From IMG/VR virus record IMGVR_UViG_3300011423_000006, positions 60,303 to 124,302 of that record: DNA of 64,000 bases. The stretch is one strand, 5' to 3'. The position numbers and the translations under genes are program-made. Below are positions 45,637-55,300 of the stretch, in pieces; position 1 is the stretch's first letter; every line of letters begins with the position of its first letter. This DNA comes from a virus (taxonomy: Duplodnaviria; Caudoviricetes). The notes beneath the pieces were generated by a model. It searched no databases and had not been told where the DNA came from. It saw only the letters and a list, made by a program, of their open reading frames with translations.

Positions 45637-46340
45637 TGAATGAATTAATTCAAAAACAAATACGAGAAATTGTTTCCAACAACAAAGAAACTGAATCGTG
45701 TGGGTTATTGGTTTATTCTGAAGACTCCGAAGAAACTTTAGTGTTGCCTTGTAGGAATATCGCAAACAATCAAGCCCATAATTTTACTATTCATCCCAAA
45801 GACTATTTAAAAGCTTCTTTAAAAGGCAAAATTGTTGGATGTTATCACGTTCATGTAAATGAAAATGAAACTTTTTCCATGAAAGATAGAATTTCCGCCG
45901 CGAATTTAAAACTTCCTTTTATTTTATATCATTTGCCGACTGATCAATTTTATCAATTAAATGAAAATAATGCATATTTTACAAAAAACTATGAACCGGG
46001 AATATTTGATTGTTATACCCTAGTTAAAAATTATTATAAAAATGAATTAAATAAAGAGCTTCCAAATATAGATGATTATGAAAAATATTTTGCAAATTTT
46101 GAATTCAACCTGCAAGCAGATTATAACAGATATGGATTTAAAGAAGTTAGTCCCGACTGTGCGCGAAGACATGATATTTTATTATTTAATTTTTATCGGA
46201 CGGTTACTCCCCCACATTTCGCCGTATATCTGGGAAACGGGTATTTTTTACACCATCCTCGAAATGGTTGTCCACAAATTGAATTTTTAAGTCCTATTTT
46301 ATCTCAAAAAATTGTTTGCTGTTTACAATGCAATATTTAA
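45636..46340 (+). CDS. tail assembly protein gpK-like, copy 1 (JAB/MPN plus NlpC/P60)
   Basis: ESCGLL, YHVH...SMKD; FDCYTLVKNYY, HFAVYLGNG, LHHP. Confidence 0.85.
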   Translation: MNELIQKQIREIVSNNKETESCGLLVYSEDSEETLVLPCRNIANNQAHNFTIHPKDYLKASLKGKIVGCYHVHVNENETFSMKDRISAANLKLPFILYHLPTDQFYQLNENNAYFTKNYEPGIFDCYTLVKNYYKNELNKELPNIDDYEKYFANFEFNLQADYNRYGFKEVSPDCARRHDILLFNFYRTVTPPHFAVYLGNGYFLHHPRNGCPQIEFLSPILSQKIVCCLQCNI

Positions 46341-47083
46341 CTTCCAAAATTAAAAAAGAGATAGTTCGATTTTCTGAAAGAAACCCGGCGATTGAATCAG
46401 GGGGGTTAATTTTTCAACGTGGAAAAAGTATTGTCGCGCTTCCGTGTTTAAATGTTTCTCCTACTCCCAAGGAGCATTTTTTAATTGCCCAAGAGGAAAT
46501 AGCGGTACATTCAGCACCGCCCTTTAAAATTTTGGCATTTTGGCATACACATGTTGATACGGATAGTTCTCCAAGCGAAGGCGATAAACTCGTAGCAGAA
46601 AGATACAATATCAATTCAATTGTTTACTCATTGAAAGATCATGGTTTTAATGAATATGAGCCGATAGGTTTGGAAGTTCCATTTGTAGGACGTAATTTTT
46701 ATTTTGGGTTGCAAGACTGTGTTCAGTTAGTCATTGATTATTATCAAAGAAGATTGAATATTAATTTGCCGTATCCGGTCGAAAGTCCTTTTTTGGTTAT
46801 TCCTCCTGATCAATGGGCATCGCACCCCGATAATCGGAAAGATAACTATTTTGTTCGTGATTATTTTGCTAAGTTTGGATTTTCTGAAGCGTCCAATCTT
46901 AAAAAAGATGATGTTTTAGTTTTTAGCTTTGGAATAATTAAAGCGCCTTGTCATTTAGCGGTTTATTTAGGAAATGGACGGATATTACATCATCGTTACG
47001 AAATGATTTCCGAAGAAAGCATTTATAACAATTATTGGAAAAGGCATTTATGTCATATCTTAAGGCATAAGGATATAGTATGA
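46328..47083 (+). CDS. tail assembly protein gpK-like, copy 2 (JAB/MPN plus NlpC/P60)
   Basis: ESGGLI, WHTH...PSEGD; QDCVQLVIDYY, HLAVYLGNG, LHH. Confidence 0.85.
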   Translation: MQYLTSKIKKEIVRFSERNPAIESGGLIFQRGKSIVALPCLNVSPTPKEHFLIAQEEIAVHSAPPFKILAFWHTHVDTDSSPSEGDKLVAERYNINSIVYSLKDHGFNEYEPIGLEVPFVGRNFYFGLQDCVQLVIDYYQRRLNINLPYPVESPFLVIPPDQWASHPDNRKDNYFVRDYFAKFGFSEASNLKKDDVLVFSFGIIKAPCHLAVYLGNGRILHHRYEMISEESIYNNYWKRHLCHILRHKDIV

Positions 47084-47754
47084 AACATAATTTAGTTGAA
47101 GTAAAATTACATGGGAATATTTTTCCCAATCTTAAAAATTTATATAAATTAGCGGTGCGTTCAGTGAGCGAAGCGATTCATGCCGTTAATATGATTTCTC
47201 GTAATCATTTCTATAAAACATTATTAGAAAACGATAAAAAAGGGATAAAATATAGAGTATTGATTAATGGACGAGATTTTGTATCTACTGAGCCGTTAAC
47301 AACAAATAATTTAGAAAAAATTAAAGAATCGGAATTAGTTATGCAATTATCTAATCTTCAAACTATTGATATCGTGCCCGTTGTAGAGGGCGCGGATAGT
47401 GATATTGGAGCTATTATTGCGGGAGTTTTATTAGTTGTGGTTGGTATTGTGGTTGGGGTTGTGGCTGGATGGACTGGAATTGGAGGCGTATTTGCGGGCG
47501 CGTTAATTGTTGGGGGGCTTGGATTAGTCGCGGCGGGAGTGATTAACTTATTAAGTTCGCCACCAAAATTTGAAGATTTTAGAGAAATCGGGGGTGGGGG
47601 CAGGGTTTCGTATTTGTTTAGCGGGCCTCAACAAACGGTAAATGAAGGCGGGCCTGTTCCGCTAGGATATGGAAGGCTTTTGATTGGTTCGCATGTTATT
47701 AGTGCAAGCTATGAAATCAGTGAGGTATCAGCTAAAGAAAGGCTAACGGTTTAA
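47080..47754 (+). CDS. tail assembly protein, lambda gpI-like
   Basis: VKLHG, SVSEAIHA, IDIVPVVEGA, Gly-rich hydrophobic hairpin, SYLFSGP, VPLGYGRLLIGS. Confidence 0.9.
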   Translation: MKHNLVEVKLHGNIFPNLKNLYKLAVRSVSEAIHAVNMISRNHFYKTLLENDKKGIKYRVLINGRDFVSTEPLTTNNLEKIKESELVMQLSNLQTIDIVPVVEGADSDIGAIIAGVLLVVVGIVVGVVAGWTGIGGVFAGALIVGGLGLVAAGVINLLSSPPKFEDFREIGGGGRVSYLFSGPQQTVNEGGPVPLGYGRLLIGSHVISASYEISEVSAKERLTV

Positions 47755-47757
47755 AAT

Positions 47758-50700
47758 ATGGCATTAGATGACAATCTAAATAATAGGATAATCATTCAGG
47801 CGTGGAAAAAGAAACAACGCCAGCAAGAAACGCGCTATCCCGTTGAAGACCCGGAAGGCGTAGATAGTACTGCTTTTCCTCGCCGCGAGCCCTTTGAAGA
47901 AACTCCCGGTGTGGTTTCGTTGAGTGAAATAGAAACTCTTGATTTGTTATCAGAAGGAAGAATCAGTGGATTAGCCGAGGGGGAATATAGTTTTGTTGGG
48001 ACAGCCGGAAACGTGGGATATACATCGGCAACTTATACACCCTATGCTCTTGCGCCCGATACAACAGTTAGATGGTTGCGTTCCGTTTATTGGAATGAAG
48101 TGCCCGTAGTGAATTCTCAAAATCAATTTAATTTTCAATCAATCGATACTGCGTTTACCGTAGGACAACCCAACGGTTCTTTAGTTGGATTACTAAGTAA
48201 TGAACTAACCGTTTCTCGTCAAATAGGAGAGCGATTAAGATACGGAACTGATTTTGCTAAAGTTTATCGACTTTTTAACCGCGAAATTAAAGCTTTCGAA
48301 GTAAATATAAGATTTAATGCTTTATCTCAGACCGTTACTAATCCGAGTGAATACGGAGACGTTGAGGCAATTTTGGTAGAATGTTATGTTCAATGGCGAC
48401 CCTTATTTTCAACTACCGGCAAAACCCCGTCAACTTTTCCAAATACATGGTGGGTACCCGTTAAAGGAAAAATTACAAACGGATATATTGAAAAAACTCG
48501 TATTAACTTAGTTACAGCCGGTAACTTGGTATATGAGCCTGACTTTCTTGGATGGGAAGTTAAAGTTTATCGAACGACTCCCGATGCAACTACCGCCAGC
48601 GTTAGAAGTCAAACCTATATAGATTCAATTACAGAAGTTTTTGGAGACGTATTCACTTATCCTAATTCCGCAATTATTTCTTCTCGGTTTAGCGCGGAAT
48701 ATTTTACTCAAGTTCCGGCGCGGGCTTTTGATACTTATCTATTAAGAGTAAAAGTCCCAAGTAATTATGATCCTATTTTAAAAAGTTATAATGGTGATTG
48801 GGACGGAACATTTAAAGATGATAAAGAATGGACGGATAATCCCGCTTGGTGTTTTTATGATTTAATTACAAACAAACGTTATGGGTTAGGAAAACATATT
48901 AGCGAAGACCAAGTAGATAAATGGACTTTATATGAAATTGGAAAATATTGCGATACTTTAGTTTCCAATGGAGAAGGCGGAATTGAACCTAGATTTACTT
49001 GTAATTTGTATATTAATTCAAGAGAGGAAGCTTATAATGTCGTTAATAATTTAGCCAGTATTTTCCAAGCGATGACTTATTACTTTGCAGGTTCTATTTA
49101 TACTTCGCAAGACGCTTTGAAAGAGCCTCTTTATTCATTTACAAACGCTAACGTCGAAAATGGAGATTTCAGCTATTCATCTAGTAGCCGTCGCGTTCGC
49201 CACACTACGGCAATGATACGTTATAATGATAAAAAGAATTTTTACAAACCCGCCGTCGAATATGTTGAAGATTTCGAGGGGATTCGAAAACTTGGAATTA
49301 GAGAACTGGAATTGACGGCTTTTGGTTGCACAAGTCGCGGGCAAGCTTGGAGACAGGGGCGATGGGCTCTATTAAGCGAAACCCTAGAAACGGAAAGCGT
49401 TTCGTTTACGGCAGGATTAGAAGGAGCTTATTTACGCCCCGGTGATATTATTCAAGTTCAAGATAATCATCGCACAACGCAAAGATTTGGAGGGCGAGTT
49501 TATCGTATTTATGATTCGTCTCATTTATTATTAGATGGACAAGTTACCGGGCTTTCAACTAATTCTTTGTATTATTTTTCTCTAGTTACTCCAACTTTTA
49601 ATTATGAGCCATCTTTAGTTAATTTATCAGATAGTTCCGAATCGGATCAAATTCGTAACTCCCAAGTTCAAAAACGCACATTTTTAGGTTCTCAAGTAAC
49701 TCCTGTAACGGGCGATGACGGCATGATACGTTCGGATATTACTTTTAGCGCTCCCTTTGATGTTGCTAACTATGTTTTAACGGGAAGCCCTGTTTGGACT
49801 GTAGAGGGGTCTGGAATTAGTAATTCCTTCTCTAATCAATGGAACTATTACCGTGTTTTACGCACCGAAGAACAAGGCCAAAATCGTTTCGCGGTGTCTG
49901 CAATCCAATATGAAAGCGGGAAATTCGCGGCTATAGAATCCGGGTTAAATTTCGAAGAACCTAATTATATTAATGTTCTGCCAACCGGACCAACAAATTT
50001 ACAATTATCTGTATTACCACTTTCGACTAATACTAAAAAAATTGACTATCGTTTTACTTTACCCGATGATGAAAATATAAATTCTTATAAAGTATATATC
50101 AAGAATGGGCCTTGGGCGGGGGAAAGCGATTTTGATTCCAGCACTTATTTGGCGGCTAATTTACAAGGGCATGAAAGTCAAGGATCATATTATCCCACAA
50201 CTAATGGAGTTTATTATTTCCGGGTTTATTCAGTAAGTCGTTTAGGAAGCCGGTCTTCCACCTATGCGGCGGGCAACATTGAAGTCGCCGGAATGAATGC
50301 CCTAAAAGATATTTTAATTGGCGGGCTGGTTTTGGAAGAAGAAACTACAGATAGCACTACTGGAGGGACGAAGAAAAACAGTACGGCCATTGGTTCAGAT
50401 ACCGTTTTTAAATGGCAATTAGGTTTACAAGAAAATGGGTCTTATCAAACTGGATTGTATTATAGATTCACGGCTCGCGAGCCAAGTAATAATAGCGTTC
50501 CAACTAAACATATCTATTTCCAAAGAACGGGATTATTAAGGGGTGCGGTGAATAATTTAGCTTATGAGTTCACTTTTTATGATAATACTCTAGCAATATC
50601 AAATCAAGGCGCTCCGGGGCCATTTAGAACTTATGATGCCGTAATTGAAGGTATGTTAGCCGATGGAACAAGTACGGCAGGAGGGAATTTTGTTCTGAAT

Positions 50701-51498
50701 AATGATTCAGATTTTAGTAATCCTAATGGTTATGATATTTTGGCGGTTGCCAACCCAAGAGTAGACCCGGTTTTACTTACTGAAGGGAACAATTTCAATA
50801 GTAGCTGGAAAAGTGAGCAATGGATTAATCCAGACGGCGAAATTAAAGTAAGGTTTATTAATAGTTCCTTTCCCGAGGATATGGCGGGCGGATACGCTTA
50901 TTATAGCACCGAGTCTTTTAATCGGGCGGAAGGTTTGGGATTAGTTACTACGCCCAAAGTAATTAATTCATTCAGAATAACTGAAAGCGGTAATCCTTTT
51001 AATATTTATGCTAATTTAACGGGGGCTTCTAGTGCTTATTTGGCCTTAGCTTTCTATGATGATTTTGACGAGGCAATTCTTCAAACCGGAAATAACATTC
51101 AAAATCAATTAAATTGGTCTAATGTCGTTAAAATTGATAAAAGGGGCGATGCTCAATTTAGAACTTCTTATTTTGCGGCTTGGTTAGATATGAGCGTGGA
51201 TTGTTCGGCTGGAAACATTGATACTAGTTGGGCTCAAAAGAATTTTGGTGTTTCTAATGTGGACTCATATTTTACAATGCCTCCGGGTGAAACGGTGTCT
51301 TCCTTTGGATACCGTGTATATTTTAGTACGCCTTTTAGTAATACGAATTATGTGGTTATGGGTTACGAAATAGGGGAAACGTCGAATTTCCCTGATGCCC
51401 GTCTCCCTCGGGTTGTTAAATACAATGATCGATTTGAAGTATTTAATATTATTGGGCAAAGGTTTTTTGGTATATTATATAATAATCAGGTAAATTAA
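47758..51498 (+). CDS. central tail tip / host specificity protein, lambda gpJ-like
   Basis: DLLSEGRISGL, WDGTFK, WTDNPAW, RYGLG, EPRFTCN, FGCTSRGQA, LRPGDII, FN3-like domains. Confidence 0.93.
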   Translation: MALDDNLNNRIIIQAWKKKQRQQETRYPVEDPEGVDSTAFPRREPFEETPGVVSLSEIETLDLLSEGRISGLAEGEYSFVGTAGNVGYTSATYTPYALAPDTTVRWLRSVYWNEVPVVNSQNQFNFQSIDTAFTVGQPNGSLVGLLSNELTVSRQIGERLRYGTDFAKVYRLFNREIKAFEVNIRFNALSQTVTNPSEYGDVEAILVECYVQWRPLFSTTGKTPSTFPNTWWVPVKGKITNGYIEKTRINLVTAGNLVYEPDFLGWEVKVYRTTPDATTASVRSQTYIDSITEVFGDVFTYPNSAIISSRFSAEYFTQVPARAFDTYLLRVKVPSNYDPILKSYNGDWDGTFKDDKEWTDNPAWCFYDLITNKRYGLGKHISEDQVDKWTLYEIGKYCDTLVSNGEGGIEPRFTCNLYINSREEAYNVVNNLASIFQAMTYYFAGSIYTSQDALKEPLYSFTNANVENGDFSYSSSSRRVRHTTAMIRYNDKKNFYKPAVEYVEDFEGIRKLGIRELELTAFGCTSRGQAWRQGRWALLSETLETESVSFTAGLEGAYLRPGDIIQVQDNHRTTQRFGGRVYRIYDSSHLLLDGQVTGLSTNSLYYFSLVTPTFNYEPSLVNLSDSSESDQIRNSQVQKRTFLGSQVTPVTGDDGMIRSDITFSAPFDVANYVLTGSPVWTVEGSGISNSFSNQWNYYRVLRTEEQGQNRFAVSAIQYESGKFAAIESGLNFEEPNYINVLPTGPTNLQLSVLPLSTNTKKIDYRFTLPDDENINSYKVYIKNGPWAGESDFDSSTYLAANLQGHESQGSYYPTTNGVYYFRVYSVSRLGSRSSTYAAGNIEVAGMNALKDILIGGLVLEEETTDSTTGGTKKNSTAIGSDTVFKWQLGLQENGSYQTGLYYRFTAREPSNNSVPTKHIYFQRTGLLRGAVNNLAYEFTFYDNTLAISNQGAPGPFRTYDAVIEGMLADGTSTAGGNFVLNNDSDFSNPNGYDILAVANPRVDPVLLTEGNNFNSSWKSEQWINPDGEIKVRFINSSFPEDMAGGYAYYSTESFNRAEGLGLVTTPKVINSFRITESGNPFNIYANLTGASSAYLALAFYDDFDEAILQTGNNIQNQLNWSNVVKIDKRGDAQFRTSYFAAWLDMSVDCSAGNIDTSWAQKNFGVSNVDSYFTMPPGETVSSFGYRVYFSTPFSNTNYVVMGYEIGETSNFPDARLPRVVKYNDRFEVFNIIGQRFFGILYNNQVN

Positions 51499-51503
51499 AA
51501 TTT

Positions 51504-52367
51504 ATGAAAAATCTCAATTTAATTGGGTCAATTTTACACGCAACGAAGAAAATCATTTCTAATGCCGATTCCGATTGGCGGGGCATTAGAGAGGGCCATA
51601 TTGTTAAATTTCAAACAGATAATTTAACTTATCAAGCGGTGAAAACCGAGCCGTTTTTCTATATTAGAGATTTTGAAGTAATTGATGATCATACGCTTGC
51701 GATTCATGATAATACTTCTGTTTTTCTATCCAAAGGAGACGATATCACTATTTCTTTTAAAGAATATGAACTCTTAACCGTTTTTCAAGTAGTGAATGGA
51801 GGCAAAGGCTATAAAATAGATGATGTTTTATTTTTGGAAGGCGGGACTCCCTCAACCAATATTAGCGATGGAATTATTGAAAAGGCTTATTTGCGTGTTG
51901 CGGACGTATTACCGGGGGGTATTATTACCAAGGCGACTATTGATAAAAAAGGTAAATATATCGAAGTTCCTGCCAAAGAATGTAAGGTAAGTGGCGGGAA
52001 TGGCACCGGAGCTTTATTCAAGGTAGATTATAAATTATTAGATGCGCGGGCGTTAATCGAAAGAGATATTGTTAGTATTGAAATTACTGATAAAACTATT
52101 ATTAAATTACAATATCCTGTGCCCGCCGCAGTTAAAGAGGGCAAAATTTCAGTTCAAAAATATTCTTTGCTTTTAAATTCTGAATATAATGGAACGGATA
52201 AAAACGGAGAAACATTTTTAGTGTTTGGTGATTTTACAGAAAATTATAATTGGCCACTAACGATCCCAAATAGTTTCTCAATGCATAGCATTATCAACCA
52301 AGTCTTTGTCGCTCAAGATAAAAAAATCAAAGAGCTAGAAGAACGTCTTAAGAAATTAGAGAAATAA
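51504..52367 (+). CDS. probable tail-associated structural protein
   Basis: Follows gpJ; VVNGGKGY and GGNGTGA turns; C-terminal coiled coil. Confidence 0.5.
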   Translation: MKNLNLIGSILHATKKIISNADSDWRGIREGHIVKFQTDNLTYQAVKTEPFFYIRDFEVIDDHTLAIHDNTSVFLSKGDDITISFKEYELLTVFQVVNGGKGYKIDDVLFLEGGTPSTNISDGIIEKAYLRVADVLPGGIITKATIDKKGKYIEVPAKECKVSGGNGTGALFKVDYKLLDARALIERDIVSIEITDKTIIKLQYPVPAAVKEGKISVQKYSLLLNSEYNGTDKNGETFLVFGDFTENYNWPLTIPNSFSMHSIINQVFVAQDKKIKELEERLKKLEK

Positions 52368-52369
52368 TT

Positions 52370-55300
52370 TTATCTCTTGGTTTGTTCGTAAATCAATCCT
52401 CCGGGTCTTGATTGTTCGATAATAACTTTCAAGATAGCGCCTTCGAATTGTGTTCCCAATTTACGATTCGATTCCTCGTTAGAGCCCGCGCCCTCACTAC
52501 GAGTTTCGGTTTTGCCTTGGGCACCGCCGTTTTTATCGCTAGAGATTTGAATGGTATTATAGACGTTAATAACCGGTGCATTAGAATTGGTTTTACTTTC
52601 CGCATTGGCTAAAGACCCACCCCCTCTAACTTCTTTCATAGTTAGAGTTTTTTCCAAACTTTCTCGTAAAGATTCGGTGCTGGCAATTAAACGAGTTAGA
52701 TTTTCTGTTAATTTATCACTACCGTTATTTCCAACGCTTTGAGAAGCTTCTCCTGCTAATCCGCCCGCCGCAAACTTGCCAGCGTTCAAACGATTGAAAA
52801 AATCAACTCCATATTTACTCACAGAGCCGCGATTCATTACAAACTCGCCGCCCATTAATAAAGCAGGAACATTATCTCCCCCGGATAAACCACCGGCTGC
52901 AAAACGTTTAATCAAACCACCCATTGCATGTCCGCCGCCAAATCTTTTATATGCGTCGGCAGAACCATAGGCGCTTTGGCCAGCCGGAACTAAATGATTG
53001 CCACTCGCCCCACTAGAAGAACCGCCCCAATTTATGTTTTGCATTCCCGCTTGCGCCCCCGCCCCCGCCAAACCAATTCCGGCTGCAAGATAAGCGGCTT
53101 GAACACGTTGACGCTTGCCTAACTTCCAATTATACATAGCTATTGATTTAGCTTCTTCGTAGTTGGAACGATCCCTTAAATATTGCATTAAGGCGCTTTC
53201 ACGATCCATTCGAATGGCGTTTTGTGGATTATCATCGTTACTTAGTGCGTAATTAGATAAATTAGAACTAATATTATTAGAACCAGCCGTAGGGAATTTA
53301 GCATCATTATAACTATAAGAATTAGCTAAACGAGCCGACACGCGACCAGAATTTAAAGCTTTTAATAATGAAGTACCGTATTTATTGACGGAACTTTTTT
53401 TGATTACATATTCGCCTTCGCTTAACATAGCGGGAACATCGTCTCTTGTGCCCGATCCGCCGTAAACACTTCCGCCCCCGGCAAATTTCTTGATATACCC
53501 TCCATTTGCCTTGAATAAACCGCTAATTCCATTGACTGCCGCCCCCGCAAACATATCAAAGCTTGTATCAATAGATTTGCTTAGAATTTTATCTGCGAAA
53601 TTAATTCCAAAAGATTTTAATGCTTCGCTGGCATCTAAACTTCCGTTGGCAAATTCTTTAAATGCATCTTTAAAAGATGATTTTAAATTTTGTCCCACTT
53701 CAAATGCCCCCTCATTTAAATCACGGTATAAATCTTGAGTATCATAACGTAAACTATCTACAAAAGAAACTCCCGTATCTTTACCAACATTATAACGGCC
53801 AAAATCTTGAGGGAACAAAATTTTATTATTGCGAGAATCAACCATTGACGAACCGAAATCATCGCTAAACATTTCCTTGCGTCCGTACATCATTTTTTGA
53901 TAAGGACCGTTCATGAAACGAACCATTTCTTTTTCCTCTGCGGTTCTTTCTTTTAAAATAAGGGCTCCAACTTTTAATTCATTTTCAAAAAATTTAACTT
54001 GTTCATTTGCTCCCATTAATTCAGTTTGAAGCTCTCTTAAACCATCTTGTAAATCCATGTGCAAATTAGGGTCTAATTGACTGAAGGGGGTTGTTCGTGC
54101 TACGTCTTCAAGTTCCTTCATTAAATTAATAGCATCGCCCATTTGATCATTATTAATTAAATCAGTTATCTCTTGTAAAGTATTAAAAGCTCCTTCAATA
54201 TTTTTTAAAGCTTTAGGAGACATGGCGGCATTTTCCATTAACTTCCGGCGTAATCCCCCAACTGCGTTATCTCCAAAGGCGGCAAATTTATTTCCTAATC
54301 CTGAAGTTAGATTAGTACGATTCATATTACGTTGATTTTCTAAATTGTGTACACCTAAAATGTGTGCGTAATCAAGTTTCCCGCGTGGACTTTGAAAAGC
54401 TCCTTGTTTTTGCATCCAAAAATCGGCATCCATTGTTGTTCTTTCGTTGCCAACTTGAGTTAATAAGGGCGCGTTTAAACCTATAGCCATTCGTGCTATT
54501 TGGGTTTTTCGCATTGAATCGCGTAATTTATTAATATCGCCTAAATATGCTAAATGATTTACGCCTAGAGTTGTTCTGGCAGGTAATTGAGCGTCAGCGA
54601 CGGTGCCTTGACCAGTTAAAGCTCTGCGTTCGGCTTCGGAATAATTTTCTGCTTTTTGACGAGAATAATATTTTAAACCACCCGTAACGGCTCCTATACC
54701 CGCTCCAATTGTTGCACCTACCCCACCGCCAAACATTGTTCCTGTACCGCCATACATCAAAACATCTGAAATCCATTCATTTCTTGCTAATGCTTTTCGA
54801 TCATCGGAAAAATTTGGATTATACAAATCTGAAATTGCGGAATTCACCATTGGCGCGGCTAAACCGATCCCCATACCCACCGCTGAATGTTTTCCTATGA
54901 AACTGTTTAAACGAGACATGCGACCGGGGCCGCGAGATTCATAACCGGAACTAAAAGGATTTCTTGCATTGCCGCCGAATGGATTTCTCCATCCACCCAT
55001 AATTCCGCTCATCCAGCCTTGTTTTGGTTGTTGCCACATTCTAGAATCGTAATCTTGTCTCCAGTTGGCCATTCTAGCTTGTTGAAAAACTTCAGGCGGC
55101 GGACCTTCTGGAATCATATATTTAGGAAAAGCGCGAGCAATACTATATTGTGGATTATCGCCATATATACGTCGCGCAATCGTGCTAGAATTATCAAAAG
55201 CTGCTCCTAAGTTATAACCTTGAGCAATAGCAGGATTAGAATTAGAAATTGCGGGTTCCATTCTAATATTATTTAATGCATTAGCGCTAGGGGCTCTAAA

